A DNA stretch of 64,000 bases, taken from an uncultured Lentisphaerales bacterium (GTDB lineage Bacteria > Verrucomicrobiota > Lentisphaeria > JABSQK01 > UBA12247). This document shows, one piece after another, positions 1 through 11,687 of the stretch (positions within the stretch are counted from its first letter, which is position 1; each line of letters opens with the position of its first letter). The DNA lies in assembly GCA_943788985.1 (NCBI GenBank), contig CALSSJ010000017.1, forward strand, positions 156,068 to 220,067, read 5' to 3'. The notes under the pieces were generated by a model. It was given only the letters and a program-made list of their open reading frames with translations, was not told where the DNA came from and did not search any database. A program made the translations under genes and the position numbers.

Positions 1-71
1 CACCTGCAAAGCAAGGCCTGGAGCGAGTACTGGACCAGCGGCGGGCCGAAGCTACGAAGCAAGAGAAATGA
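1..71 (+). CDS. 3' end of an upstream CDS (partial)
   Basis: Frame 3 reads PAKQGLERVLDQRRAEATKQEK, then TGA at 69-71. Confidence 0.4.
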   Translation, partial: PAKQGLERVLDQRRAEATKQEK

Positions 72-301
72 TGCCCGCCCCTGTCGCTTGTTGGTACAGT
101 GTGTTTTTGGATGAGCGACTCATCACTCGCGTCTCGCGGTGGCGGCGTCATCCGGAGAGTCAGCGCGGCATGGCGTCGTCGGGAGCCACGGCGTCACCAA
201 GTCCTATCCCATTACACCGCGGGCAAGGCCTAAATGCCGATTGCCAATCACTGCACTAGTACTATGATATCCCCCCGTCGCACCTCCACAGAGCCTAGCC
301 T

Positions 302-1327
302 ATGCCCAAGATTCAGAATCAGATCAAACTTCCCATTTCGGTCGCTTTGGAAGTCGTGCTTCAAGGCTTGCGTATTCGGCTCGGTCGAAGCGTAGTCACG
401 ATCACCGGCGTGATCTGCGGCATCGCCTTCCTGATGTCCATCCTTACCGGGCAGCTCATCAAGCAAGGCGTCAGCGAAGAAGATGCCAAGCGCGCAGAAG
501 TCGATCGCATCAATAACTTCATGAAGGCCGATCTCCCGACGCTCGACGGCAAAAACATCACGCTCATCGCCGCTGGCATGCTCAGCGAGGTCGAAACCCG
601 CGTGCTCGAGCGCATCATCGCCGACGGCGCCGCCGGGATTAAAGTCGAATCCGGCACCGAATCACAGATTCCCCGCAAGCTCACCGCCTTGCGCCCGGTA
701 CCCCGAGACCAGCTCATCGCCGAAAGTGCCTTTGTCCTCGTCATGGGCGGCGACACGCTACCCGACCGCGACTGGCGCGTCCTCCTCGGGCAGACGCCGT
801 TGGCCCTCACCACCCCAGGCGGCAGTCCCGCCGGCATGCTCGACGGTCAGTTCGTCAAGCTATCCCGCGAGCTCACCGAAGAGGAGCTCGCCCGCAGAGC
901 AGCCCAGGCCCGCAAAGACAAATTTCGCAGCATCTGGATCGGCGCCGTTGCGCTGCTCGTGACCGTGATCGGCATCACCAACGCCATGCTCATGTCCGTC
1001 ACCGAGCGATTCCGCGAAATCGGCACCATGAAGTGCCTCGGCGCACTCTCTGCATTTATCCGCCAGATCTTTCTTTTGGAGAGTTCCATGATGGGCCTTT
1101 CCGGCGGCATCGTCGGCGCCATTGTCGGTGCCCTGTTCTCCATCATCGCCTACGCCCTCAGCTACGGAATCTCCATGGTCGCTGGCTCACTGCCACTGGT
1201 GCCGCTCTTTGGCTTCGGCATCGTCTGCGTAATTGTCGGCATTGTTCTTTCAGTCGTTGCCGCCCTGTATCCCGCCCATGTCGCCTCGAACATGGTCCCC
1301 GCGCACGCCCTGCGTTCAAACGTCTAA
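302..1327 (+). CDS. ABC transporter permease, FtsX/MacB-like
   Basis: N-terminal RSVVTITGVICGIAFLM TM segment; C-terminal GITNAMLMSVTERFREIGTMKCLGA FtsX-type motif. Confidence 0.9.
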   Translation: MPKIQNQIKLPISVALEVVLQGLRIRLGRSVVTITGVICGIAFLMSILTGQLIKQGVSEEDAKRAEVDRINNFMKADLPTLDGKNITLIAAGMLSEVETRVLERIIADGAAGIKVESGTESQIPRKLTALRPVPRDQLIAESAFVLVMGGDTLPDRDWRVLLGQTPLALTTPGGSPAGMLDGQFVKLSRELTEEELARRAAQARKDKFRSIWIGAVALLVTVIGITNAMLMSVTERFREIGTMKCLGALSAFIRQIFLLESSMMGLSGGIVGAIVGALFSIIAYALSYGISMVAGSLPLVPLFGFGIVCVIVGIVLSVVAALYPAHVASNMVPAHALRSNV

Positions 1328-1334
1328 GGCCCCC

Positions 1335-2115
1335 ATGAAAGCACTAGACCACACAAAGTTCAAAGCGCTCTTCACCCTCCCCGAGAACGAAGGCCGGCCC
1401 CGTCATCATTCGTGGCGTCGACATCATCAAGACCTACCGCATGGGCGACCAAGTCACCCATGCGCTGCGCGGTGCCACGCTCGACGTCTACAAAGGCGAG
1501 TACCTCTCGATCATGGGCCCATCCGGCTCTGGCAAGTCCACTCTATTCAACGCCATCGGCGCCCTCCACAAGCCCACCTCCGGCAAGGTCTATATCGACC
1601 AGGTCGACATTGCCCAGCTTGATACCGATGAGTTAGCCTGGCTGCGCTGCCGCAAGATCGGTTACATCTTCCAAAGCTACAATCTTATCCAGGTCATGAC
1701 CTGCCTCGAGAACGTCATGCTCCCCATGAGTTTCGCCGGGCTCGACGGCGAAGAAGCCCGCGAGAAGGCCATCCAGATTCTCAAGCTTGTGGGCCTTGGC
1801 CATCGCCTGCTGCACAAACCAGCCGAGCTCTCAGGCGGCCAACAACAGCGCGTCGCCATTGCCCGCTCACTCGCCAACTCGCCTGAGATCGTCCTCGCAG
1901 ACGAACCGACGGCCAACCTTGACCAGAACACCGGCCAAGAAATGATTGACCTGTTCGTCAAGCTCCAGGAAGAACTCGGCGTCACCATCATCTCCGCAAC
2001 CCACGATTTGAAGATGCTCCAGAGCAGCGATCGCATCCTTTGGATCGCCGATGGTCGAATCGTAAAAGCCGCGCGTCCCGAAGAGCTCGACTTCAACAGC
2101 GAGGACTTTCACTAG
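1335..2115 (+). CDS. ABC transporter ATP-binding protein, LolD/MacB-like (apparent frameshift near 1400)
   Basis: Walker A GPSGSGKS, LSGGQQQRVAIAR, LADEPT. ATG 1335 (MKALDHTK...) joins VIIRGVDIIKTYRM in the frame of ORF 1441 across a C-run. Confidence 0.9.
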
Positions 2116-2116
2116 C

Positions 2117-2869
2117 ATGAAGAAGAAGATCGACACAGCTGATGTCATCATCAGCACCGAAAATGTAAAGAAACTTTACATCACCGGCGAGGAAGAGCTC
2201 TGGGCACTCAAAGGAATTTCCCTCGATGTCTACCGCGGCGAGATTCTCTCGATCATGGGCCCATCCGGCTCCGGAAAGTCCACCTTTTTCAACCAGATCG
2301 GCGCCTTAGATGTCCCAACTGAAGGCAAAGTGCACTTCGAAGGGCAGTCCGTTTTTGACATGTCCGAGGCTCAGCAAGCGTGGTTTCGCTGCAACAAGAT
2401 CGGCTACATCTTCCAGACTTTCAACCTCATCCAGGTCATGAGCGCATTGCAAAATGTCACTCTGCCCATGGTGTTTCAGGGCACCTCCAAAGAAGAAGCC
2501 GAATCACGCGGCATCAGCATCCTCGAGCGAGTCGGATTGGGCGAGCGCATGCACCACAAGCCCAGCGAACTCTCTGGCGGTCAGCAACAGCGCGTGGCCG
2601 TCGCCCGCGCCTTGGCCAACACTCCCGCAGTCATTCTCGCAGACGAACCCACCGGTAACCTTGACACAGCCACCGGCTCCGAAATCATCGAACTGCTAAA
2701 AACGCTCAACCGCGAAATGGACGTCACCGTCGTCTGCTCCACCCATGACACCAAAATGCTCAAGTCCTCCGACCGTGTCTGCTGGATCCTCGACGGCCGA
2801 CTCGACAAAATCAGCTCCATGGAAGAGTTCGACCTCGAATCCATGGCCAAGGACGACCAGGGCCGCTAA
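2117..2869 (+). CDS. Second ABC transporter ATP-binding protein, LolD-like
   Basis: GPSGSGKS, LSGGQQQRVAVAR, LADEPTGNLD. Confidence 0.92.
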   Translation: MKKKIDTADVIISTENVKKLYITGEEELWALKGISLDVYRGEILSIMGPSGSGKSTFFNQIGALDVPTEGKVHFEGQSVFDMSEAQQAWFRCNKIGYIFQTFNLIQVMSALQNVTLPMVFQGTSKEEAESRGISILERVGLGERMHHKPSELSGGQQQRVAVARALANTPAVILADEPTGNLDTATGSEIIELLKTLNREMDVTVVCSTHDTKMLKSSDRVCWILDGRLDKISSMEEFDLESMAKDDQGR

Positions 2870-3123
2870 TGCGCCTGGGCTAACGTCGTACAAGTCACGC
2901 ATTCATCGAGAGAATCGCAATCACACAGCCATTCACACCAGCAGACCAAGCCAGCCTGAGTCAAGCCGTCGAGAACAGCCTCGCCATCGCCCGCGCCTAC
3001 CGCCGCGATGTCGCCGACGAGAATTCCATTCTCCTCCTCCAAAGCCTGCTCAACGTCGACACCATTCTCGGTACCGGCCACGCCCGGGATGACGACGACA
3101 TCCTCGCCCTGCCAGGCGACTAA
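2869..3123 (+). CDS. Small hypothetical protein not in the ORF track (interrupted near its 5' end)
   Basis: TAATG overlap with the upstream stop; in-frame TAA at 2881, then open, GC3-rich codons (FIERIAITQPFTPADQASLSQAVENSLAIARAYRRDV...LPGD) to TAA 3121-3123. Confidence 0.5.
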
Positions 3124-3844
3124 CCGTTTGGCCTGGGACCGCACCATCCCGGAGGGATCAACGAACATAGCCGGGTGGGAAGGCACCGGACTCATCCCCG
3201 GGCACTTGTTGTTTAAAGGCATTTATCGCATCGGTAGCCGGCCCTTTTGCATACTCCAGATCCATTACCACACCGCCTAATACGAAACGCGCTTAGCATC
3301 TTCACGGCAACCAACGTAGGGACCAATGGGTTCGGGAACCACCCTCTACGCTGGAGACACAGAGCCACGGAGGCGAGAGACCCTTCGTTTCAACCTCCGA
3401 AAAGGGCGGAGCCTGGCGCAATCCCCGCCGGTGCGTGAGCGACCGGTTTGCGTCCCCCGGCATCAAGACCAGCGGCCGATACATCACCTACTGTCCAATT
3501 CTATGTGTAGCCCACTGGGCTGGCATGGGGAAAAGACTGCGCGTTTAAGGATTTGCGATCGGGATATCGCCGCCATCCCCCGTCCTCGCTCACTGCCCCG
3601 GCAAGAACGCGACATGCGCCTCAGGCCTCAGGCGTATAGCGGGTATGCCGCGGTTTTGGAATGGCAAGCTTGTCGTCGATCAGATCAAAATTCAGGCATT
3701 GCAACCGCCCTACAAGGCGCTAGGATACGCAGCGAATCGGCCTTTTGACCGTGAGTAGCAGGAAGCGAGCGAAAAGTTCGAGACGGGAACGACTACCGAG
3801 GTGTGGGCTGCCAGGTTTTTTTCTGGAGTGCTGGAGAAGAGATC

Positions 3845-4903
3845 ATGCGGGACGAGCCCGAAACACTGCTTGAGATGCGCGAGGTACTCAGGCGTCTGGC
3901 GATCAGCAAACCGACGTTTTACCGGTTGCTGCGCGAAGGGCGTCTGACAGGTACGAAGACGGAGACGGGCCTACGCTTTCGAGCGGAGGAACTCGAGGCA
4001 TTTGCCCGGCAAGATGTGCCGTCGGCGGGACTAGACAATTCAATCCGTCTGAGCTATTTGCCCATGCAGCCACACGCTCTCGAGCGAATTGCGGCGGCCT
4101 TGCGCAACCCATACGGATTAATCCTGGTCGCCGGTCCACCCAAATCCGGTAGAACGACGATGGCCTATGCCATGCTTCACGAGCTCAACACCTCGACTAC
4201 GAAGATCATCACGATCGAGAACCCAATCGAACAGTCACTTACCGGTGCGATACAGATTCCGGTACAGCCCGACATTGGGATGACCTGCGGCTCTGCCATT
4301 CAATCCGCCCTGCGCTCAAATCCGGACGTGCTGCTGGTCTCGGAGCTCCGTGATGCGCAGTCCGCACAGTTCACGGCATCTGCGGCCTTGACCGGGCACC
4401 TCGTGCTGACGAATCTCGAGGCCACGGACGGACTTTCAGCGGTCCAGCGACTGCGGGATTTGGAGGTGGAGGATTTCGTCATTTCTGGTGCGGCCACGCT
4501 CATCATTGGCCAACGGCTGCTAAGGCGTGTCTGCCCGCATTGCTGCCAAAAGGCGACACTGAGCCCCACGCAGAAGGAAGCGGTGTCCCGGGCCGAGTCT
4601 CTTGGGGTCAGCGGCGAGCACTGGCGAGAGGCTGTCGGCTGCAAAGCCTGCGAGATGACTGGCTATCGCGGGCGCATTCTCGCGCAAGAGCTGATTGATG
4701 TCAACGGTGCACTGGAGGATGCGATCGCCCGCGGTGAGGAAGACGCCACGCTTCGCGCGATCGCCCGGAAGGAAGGGGCGCCAACTCTGGAAAGCGAAGC
4801 GATCCGCTGGGGGGGCCGCGGCGGGCGAGACCACGATGCAAGAAGCCCTACAGACTACTACCGCGCCTTCTCCAGCAAGGCCCGGATCGTAAGATGGGGA
4901 TAG
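3845..4903 (+). CDS. Excisionase-type HTH fused to a GspE/PilB-like ATPase C-terminal domain
   Basis: N-terminal LLEMREVLRRLAISKPTFYRLLREGRL HTH; GLILVAGPPKSGRTT, TIENPIE, ALRSNPDVLLVSELRD, TGHLV, CPHC..CKAC; probable frameshift in the G-run near 4810. Confidence 0.85.
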   Translation: MRDEPETLLEMREVLRRLAISKPTFYRLLREGRLTGTKTETGLRFRAEELEAFARQDVPSAGLDNSIRLSYLPMQPHALERIAAALRNPYGLILVAGPPKSGRTTMAYAMLHELNTSTTKIITIENPIEQSLTGAIQIPVQPDIGMTCGSAIQSALRSNPDVLLVSELRDAQSAQFTASAALTGHLVLTNLEATDGLSAVQRLRDLEVEDFVISGAATLIIGQRLLRRVCPHCCQKATLSPTQKEAVSRAESLGVSGEHWREAVGCKACEMTGYRGRILAQELIDVNGALEDAIARGEEDATLRAIARKEGAPTLESEAIRWGGRGGRDHDARSPTDYYRAFSSKARIVRWG

Positions 4904-7246
4904 TTTTTGAGCCAACTTAGGCGTTCAGCGCGAGCCCGGGCGTCGATCGCCAGCTCTGGATATTTTTCGGCTACCAGCAGGCATAGCGCTGCGGACTCCG
5001 CAAGGCCATAGGCAAGCGTGTCAAGGTGCGGCGCTAGCCCGGTCCCATCCAGAATGGGGAGCAGATGCGATCTGCTCGGATCTTGCTGGTAGCAGTCCTT
5101 GAGTTGGTCCAAGGCAACGGCCCGCCCCCTCTCGTCTTGGTGAAGAAGATACAAGAGTAGGAGCTGCTCCGGCAGTGGGTTCTTGCCCAAAACGTCCCTT
5201 GCTCGCTGCAAGGCGCCAGCTGACAGCGCGGCAGCGAACATGAGATCCGGATCGGGCTCAGGCAATGCGAACACCAATTTCATGAAAGCAATGCGGTCTC
5301 CCTGAAAGTAGGCCTGATGCGCCGCCACCAGCGCATTTTTTTCGCTAGCCACCTGGTCTAGCTTACGCGGTGCCAGCTGCATCCCCATTAGTCGCAGCTG
5401 CAGGCTATCTGGAAACCGCTCACGGAGGGATCTGGCAATTTTCTCAGGCGCGGGACCCCGTGCCTCAGACATGTGAGCTGTGAGCAGCGAGATAGCTGTG
5501 GCCTCATCTGCAGGCGCGGCCCGGCAGGCTAGCGATCACGGTTTGGAAGTAGCTACAGGCGTTGTGATAGTTCGCCAGTTGCAGGCGAGCTTGAACGCTG
5601 GCGTCGGCATGCTCGGCGAGCAGCTCGGCCGCGGCGTCGGGCGGCAGAAGGCGGGCCTGAATCAAGGCGGCCTGCGGCCCGTCGGCGAGCTCAGCTGTCG
5701 CTTGCTGATACCAGGCCATTACGTCTGGTCTTTCGAGCGCAATCTGGTGAAATGCTTGGTGGAGGGTGAGGCTGGGAGGCTCCGCTAACAGGGCTGCCTC
5801 AAGTGCCGGCCCTGGCTCTCCGCGCAGGCGCTGGCTGAGCAGCACGGCCGCCTCTTCGTCACGCAGGTCATGGGCCAGTCGGCGGTTGGCCGCAACTGCG
5901 GCGACGGCTCTCCACTCCCCTTCTGGCAAACCGAACAGGTCCGGCTCTAACCGAAGAGCCACAACTTTGGCGGTGCCACTTTCAGAGAGCCGTAGGGTCT
6001 CGGGAAACGGCTCGAACATACGGTGGACCCCGGTGAACGTGTACGTGCTACGCCCCACCGAAAACGTTGGCTCTGCGAACCGCACGCCGGATTCGCTGTA
6101 CTGGGCAACTTGGCGCGTCAAGACCGCGGCCTGATCTGGGTTGATGACCAGCCGGCTGCTGGAGATTGGGCGCTGCCAGAATGAGCGCCTGCAGTCGACG
6201 GTCAGCTCCTGGATACTCGGGACCTCAGCGGTCACCTGATAGACATCCTCTGGGACTGTCAGCGCAACTGCTTGAAACGGAGGCAGCCGCTGATTCTTTC
6301 CTGCAATCGTGACCGTATATGGCTTCGCTAGGCCGTTCACCAGCCAAATGGTGTGGCGCTTCGCCATGTTTACGCTGACTGCAGCGTAGAGCCCCAGCAA
6401 GACTGTCAGAATAAGCAACGGCACCAACGGCGCGATCCGGCTCGCGGGGTCCGGCGCTCCTCGCGCCCCGGTCGTGGTCACGGCTGGATCTGATAGTGGG
6501 CGCTTGGTCTCGAGTAATTGGCGTGAGACAGACTGAAAATATGCAAAGTCCGCATCCTGATCCAGGCTGGGCTGAGCGACTAGACACAGGTCGAAGATCT
6601 CCAAGGCAGCGGAGTGATCGCCAACCGCCTGATAGCCGCGCGCAAGCATGGCCAGTAGCGGCAAAGCCTCCGGCGTGGGCTTCTCCAGCAGATGAGCCAG
6701 CGAGGCTGCAGCCTCCTGAGGCTTCAGCAGCCGAATCTGAACAATCGCCAGTCGCTCAAGGACAGCGGTGCTGACCGCGAGAGCAAGCGCCTGATCATAG
6801 GCATCTTCTGCTTGCTCCAACATGCCGAGTGCGCCGTAACCATCTCCAATCGTCGCTGCGATCTCCGCATTGCCAGCGAAGCGACGCAGGGTCTCGGGCG
6901 CGATGTTCGCAAACACGTCGTGCTGGCGGTAGCTAACACATGCCTGCTGAATCTGGCGGACAAGGCCAACGTTGTGGCGATCGCGACGGTAGCGAGCCCG
7001 GAGGTCGGCGAATAGAGCCTGACGTTCGGCCCGCCAGAAACGCAGGCTCTGGGCCTGTGAGTGACCGCAAGCCGCGCAATGATCGGTGATCCGCAGGCGG
7101 CCAAGTGGCAAGACCGGGATGTAGAAGAGGACGGCGTAGCGACCGGTGTCGTAGGAGGCTAAAACTCCAGCCGAATGGCAAACAGGGCAAGGCCCCGTAG
7201 CGCTCACAGACATTTGCACGTCCGTAATGCCACGTCCCCACGCCAT
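4858..7246 (-). CDS. Zinc-ribbon + TPR membrane protein (split into ORFs 5504-7342 and 4858-5472 by a probable frameshift)
   Basis: CPVC...FYIPVLPL...CAAC zinc ribbon, TPR-like helices, one TM segment; second ORF continues on the same strand. Confidence 0.65.
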
Positions 7247-7286
7247 TAACCACCCTCGACATCCGTCACCAATGACCAACAGCCGT

Positions 7287-7517
7287 TCAAAGATTGGCGT
7301 CGATCCAACTGATGATGTCACCGGATTCGTACATCGGCGCACCGTCGATCACCAGGCAGGGAACCTGGCCCTTGCCACCGATCTCGATCAAGCGGGCGCG
7401 ATTGTCCGGATCACTCGTGTCGCATAGGGGAATATCGACACCCCGATTTTGAATATGGGAAATCACGCGCAGGCAGTACGGGCACGTCCGGCGGCCGTAT
7501 AGAGTCAACTCAGCCAT
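7287..7517 (-). CDS. Glutaredoxin
   Basis: CPYC active site, GGKGQVPCL, YESGDII. Confidence 0.9.
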   Translation of the reverse strand: MAELTLYGRRTCPYCLRVISHIQNRGVDIPLCDTSDPDNRARLIEIGGKGQVPCLVIDGAPMYESGDIISWIDANL

Positions 7518-7535
7518 AAAAGGCCTCCTTTTCAA

Positions 7536-7823
7536 TCATTGATGAATATACTCGGTGGACACTTCGCCAAGTTCGCAGTCACGGACCGCTTCCACATGTT
7601 CAATAACCTTGCTCAGCACCTGATTGGCGAAACGCTGCTCGTTGCTGACCACGGCAACCCCGAGGCACGCGTAGTTCCAGACATCATGGGCCTCGATCTC
7701 AGAAATAGAAACATTGAAGCGGCTGCGCACTCGCTCTTTGACACGGTTCAGAACCGCTCGTTTGTCCTTGAGAGACTGCGCGTGCTCGATGTCCAGTTCC
7801 AGCGTAAGCAGGCCGATGATCAC
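7536..7823 (-). CDS. DUF503 family protein
   Basis: SLKDKRAV...[10 protein letters not shown]...LGVAVVSN pattern, 95 aa. Confidence 0.88.
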   Translation of the reverse strand: MIIGLLTLELDIEHAQSLKDKRAVLNRVKERVRSRFNVSISEIEAHDVWNYACLGVAVVSNEQRFANQVLSKVIEHVEAVRDCELGEVSTEYIHQ

Positions 7824-8803
7824 AGGAGATAGCTGACGATTTCCCGCTCTTCCAGCAACTCATCGCGGGTATCTGCGATCTTCGCAGCCAGGTGCTCGTC
7901 CCATTCCAAGCCAGGAACGATCTCGTAGTCACCGTTTCCGGTTGAGCGACAGGGAAAGGAGAAGATCAGCCCGTCTGGAATGCCATAAGGATTGCCATCA
8001 CTGACGACTGCGGAACTGAAGTACTCGCCTTCCGGAGTGGGCGTGATCAGGCTCTTGACGGCGTCAAGGGCAGCAGATGCAGCAGAGGCAGCAGAGGATT
8101 TACCGCGAGCTGCGATGATCGCCGCGCCGCGCTTGGCCACTGTGTCAGTGAACTCGCCGCGCAGATAGTCCAGTTCCAGCTCGTCGACGGCGGGCTGGCC
8201 GTTGATGGTAACGTTGCAGTAGTCTGGCACTTGCTTCGCAGAATGATTGCCCCAAATCACCATGTTTTTTACCGCGCGGACGCTGGTGCCAGCACGCGTG
8301 GCCAGCTGCGTTTCCGCGCGATTCTGATCCAAGCGGGTCATGGCGTGGAACCGATCGCGAGGCACATCTGGTGCGTTGTGCATCGTGATCAAGCAGTTGG
8401 TATTACAGGGATTGCCGACAACTAGCACGCGGACGTCCGCCGCTGCATTGGCGTTGATTGCCCGACCAGTGGCGGTAAAAATGGGACCGTTCTCGCGAAT
8501 CAGGTCGCCGCGTTCCATCCCGGGACCGCGAGGTTTTGAGCCAACGAGCAGCACCCAATTGGCACCGCGCATCACTTCGTTCACATCGTCGCTTAGGACG
8601 ATATTCTCGAGGGCCGGAAAGGCACAATCCTGCAGTTCCATCGCCACACCTTCGAGGGCGCCCATTGCGACGGGCAGTTCGAGGATGCGCAGCTCTACGG
8701 ACTGGTTTGCGCCAAAAACTTCGCCAGAGGCGATACGAAACAACAGGTTATAACAGATCTGGCCGGCGCCGCCGGTGACCGCAACGCGGATAGGCTCACT
8801 CAT
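7820..8803 (-). CDS. mdh: Malate dehydrogenase
   Basis: [45 protein letters not shown]. Confidence 0.96.
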   Translation of the reverse strand: MSEPIRVAVTGGAGQICYNLLFRIASGEVFGANQSVELRILELPVAMGALEGVAMELQDCAFPALENIVLSDDVNEVMRGANWVLLVGSKPRGPGMERGDLIRENGPIFTATGRAINANAAADVRVLVVGNPCNTNCLITMHNAPDVPRDRFHAMTRLDQNRAETQLATRAGTSVRAVKNMVIWGNHSAKQVPDYCNVTINGQPAVDELELDYLRGEFTDTVAKRGAAIIAARGKSSAASAASAALDAVKSLITPTPEGEYFSSAVVSDGNPYGIPDGLIFSFPCRSTGNGDYEIVPGLEWDEHLAAKIADTRDELLEEREIVSYLL

Positions 8804-8823
8804 GATGGACTCTTGATTGTGGG

Positions 8824-10269
8824 TTATTCGTTCACTGGAATGGGGGCAATGCTGACAATCTGGCTTGCCAGCAAACGGGTGTCTCGACTCGCAGACAACG
8901 CCAGTACGATGTCGCCGTGCGCGTTGCGCTCGCGAACCATACCAATCAGCGTTCGTCCATCGATCAACTTCACCGCTACTGTCGGGCGGAAAATAATCAA
9001 TTCAACATCGGTAAGTCCACGTGGTGCTAACCGGACTTTTCGGGTCTCAGTAATGCCAGCATGCTCAATCTCCACGGTGTAGGTGCCCGGTCGAAGATTC
9101 TCGCTGATCCAAGGCAGGGAATGTCCGCCATCTGGGCTGGGTTCAGTCGTGCCCCAGACCTCACCGTTCACGCGCAAGCTGCAGGTGGCCGGCACAGCAG
9201 TGACTTTCAAGGTTCCTGTCGCCGCGGTCATCACCGCATGGGCCTGGGTCGCGCGAAGCGATTTTACTTGCGCCATGATTGTTTGGGGTTCATACCCCGA
9301 CTCGACCAGGCGCAGCTCATGCTGCCCAGGCTCGTAGCCGAGCAGCGTCATGGGTGTCCTACCGATAATCCGATCGGCCTCGATCACAGTCACGCCAGAA
9401 GGTTTGGACGTGATCTCACAGGTCTGTGGCGAACGGGTCAAGTTCAGTGGGGCCAACGGCCGACGCAACGGCACGCGCACGAGCTTGGCACGGGTCACGT
9501 GATTCTCGAGGTTGAGCTCTAGCTCATGCTCCCCTTCCGTGAGCTCCTCGATAAAAATCGGGCTGATGCCAATTGGACTGCCATTTAGGGAGACGACGGC
9601 ACCACGCGGCACAGAATCAACCCACAGATAACCAGTCTCTGGTTCTTTCGTGGTCTCTTCGACCAGAGCTGGCGGCTCCAAGATGCGCTGCCGGGGCCGT
9701 TCAGCCACGGGCGGCTGTGCCGGCGGTTCCGCAGCAAGGATGACTTCCCGATCCAAGGGGACCGGGGCACTCGGCGCCCTGCTGCCAGAAAGGAGCCAAC
9801 CCATCACGCCCAAAGCGACCACGGCGATCCCAATCCAGAGCCCGATCTCACCTGCAGAAATCCCAGTCTTGGGGTCAGCCGCCGCAGGCTCTCGGCGAGC
9901 AGATTCCTGCTTCGCCTCACGCTCTCGCCGCAGGGCTTCTAGCTTGGACAAATCGCCCTCAGCCACGACGCTTTCTTCGGTCACGGTCAGGAACACATGA
10001 CTACCGATACCAACCCGGTCGCCCGGCGCGAGCAGCTGTCGCCCTTGAATCTGGGCTCCGTTCACCCGCACACCATTGGTGCTCTTCAGGTCCTCGACGT
10101 AATAATTTAGCCCGTCGTATACGATCCGAGCATGATTTCGCGAGATGTCGTCGTCATCGGTGAGCGAAATCGACGATTTCAGGTCACGCCCGATCGTCAC
10201 GCCATTCTTGGACAGCGGGAAGAGCTTTCCGCTCAGCACGCCCTCAATTGAACGAAGCTCCATGATCAA
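8824..10269 (-). CDS. FHA-domain, single-TM, PEGA-repeat protein
   Basis: FHA motifs [23 protein letters not shown] helix; PEGA-like [14 protein letters not shown] and [10 protein letters not shown]. Confidence 0.85.
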   Translation of the reverse strand: MIMELRSIEGVLSGKLFPLSKNGVTIGRDLKSSISLTDDDDISRNHARIVYDGLNYYVEDLKSTNGVRVNGAQIQGRQLLAPGDRVGIGSHVFLTVTEESVVAEGDLSKLEALRREREAKQESARREPAAADPKTGISAGEIGLWIGIAVVALGVMGWLLSGSRAPSAPVPLDREVILAAEPPAQPPVAERPRQRILEPPALVEETTKEPETGYLWVDSVPRGAVVSLNGSPIGISPIFIEELTEGEHELELNLENHVTRAKLVRVPLRRPLAPLNLTRSPQTCEITSKPSGVTVIEADRIIGRTPMTLLGYEPGQHELRLVESGYEPQTIMAQVKSLRATQAHAVMTAATGTLKVTAVPATCSLRVNGEVWGTTEPSPDGGHSLPWISENLRPGTYTVEIEHAGITETRKVRLAPRGLTDVELIIFRPTVAVKLIDGRTLIGMVRERNAHGDIVLALSASRDTRLLASQIVSIAPIPVNE

Positions 10270-10300
10270 CCTTCCTTACGCAGAATTGGACAGGGAGGGA

Positions 10301-11458
10301 TCAGTGGCGGAAACGACGATTTCCGTGCCGCAGCGAGCGCATCCCGCGAAGCACGCGCTGTGTCTTCAGCTTCTCGCGCAACTCACTGGCCTTGTCAGCT
10401 TGGGCGCGGAGCCTAGTACGCTTGTTTTGGATGATCGCCTTGTCCCCGTCGTTGTCCATCAGATGCCGGATTTCTGCCTGCATGATGCCTTCTTCGCGGG
10501 CGGCGGCGATGTAGTCCTCGACCGGCGATCCGGCAGCCTGGCTGTTATAGGCCAGCAGTTCCTTCTTGCGGATCATGACCGGGCGATCAATTGCGCTAAT
10601 CTTGTGCTCGGACCGGCCAAAAATCTTGGAAACACGCTTGGTGACTGCCCCAGCTTCGACTTTCATCGCGATTAGGTCGACATCCTCTTCGCTTTTCTCG
10701 AAAGCGCAAACGAATCGTGTGATGCCTTGCTCAGCATCGGTGACGAACGATTGCTGGCCACCGAAGGTAAAGCCCAAGGCACCGCGATTTACCGTCAGGT
10801 CCACGTAGGTGTTTTGCATGCCTTCATGGATGTAGCCGGCCACCGAGGTTTGCTCTGGAATGGCTGCCGCTTCCAGACCTGCTCCGGTGGTTGTGGCGTC
10901 TGCAAATGAAAACTGACTGCGTAGGTCGATGATCCCTTCGAGACAATTAAAGGACTGACGCGCATAGCGATCCTTGCCGCCTTCCTGAACGACGGGCTCG
11001 ACACTCACCACAAACCGGGTACCAACGGCACCGCATATTGCACTGGGAGTTTCCACTTCCAGGCGATGATCCTTCGGCCACTTGTCCAGCAACAGCGAGA
11101 CACCGCCTTCCTTCATTCGCAGGCGCTTCAAGCGCGGGTCGTTGGTACTACGGTCGATCATCATGGTGGTACGTGCCAGCATCTGGAAGGTGTTGCCCGG
11201 GGACAGCTCGACCAGAATGAATGACAGGCGACCAGTCTTCAACGTCACCCCAAACGGATACTCCTGCGCCTTGACATCGCCGTATCTGCCGTCCTTTGAC
11301 TTCACCTCGCACTTGCCGTCAAACTTTAGCACTTTGAAGGTATCCGGCAGCTCCCCGGCTTCGTCATTGGCCGCAGTCAGGGACTGTGCAAAAATACAGG
11401 TGAATGCCAAAGTCCAAAGGAGAGCCCACTTGGCGCGGGTCGTCGAAATTGCGATCAT
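10301..11458 (-). CDS. Secreted FecR-domain-like protein
   Basis: Signal peptide; LKTGRLS...LEVETPSAICGAVGTRFVV FecR-like motif. Confidence 0.7.
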   Translation of the reverse strand: MIAISTTRAKWALLWTLAFTCIFAQSLTAANDEAGELPDTFKVLKFDGKCEVKSKDGRYGDVKAQEYPFGVTLKTGRLSFILVELSPGNTFQMLARTTMMIDRSTNDPRLKRLRMKEGGVSLLLDKWPKDHRLEVETPSAICGAVGTRFVVSVEPVVQEGGKDRYARQSFNCLEGIIDLRSQFSFADATTTGAGLEAAAIPEQTSVAGYIHEGMQNTYVDLTVNRGALGFTFGGQQSFVTDAEQGITRFVCAFEKSEEDVDLIAMKVEAGAVTKRVSKIFGRSEHKISAIDRPVMIRKKELLAYNSQAAGSPVEDYIAAAREEGIMQAEIRHLMDNDGDKAIIQNKRTRLRAQADKASELREKLKTQRVLRGMRSLRHGNRRFRH

Positions 11459-11687
11459 AGGTCGTCTATCCATTATGTGGTTCGGTGGGCAAGGGGCACC
11501 TGTAAGCCGCATGTCTATCGGCTGAAGCATACGCAACTGCGCCTCCCAATCTTGCGAAGTTCGCACAATTTTTAGCCCAGCGTCGGGTTATGCGGCACCG
11601 ATAAATGTGGTGTCAAAGCTGGCATACTGTAATGACGGCACGAAAAAGTGCGAGACATCCGGGGAATCCTCGTGTAATGTGCGTGCT

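Noticed and set aside
3124..3800. Short ORFs or an ncRNA in the intergenic region
   Set aside because: No recognisable motif or supported structure; a minus-strand fragment near 3160-3300 may be a gene remnant but cannot be assigned
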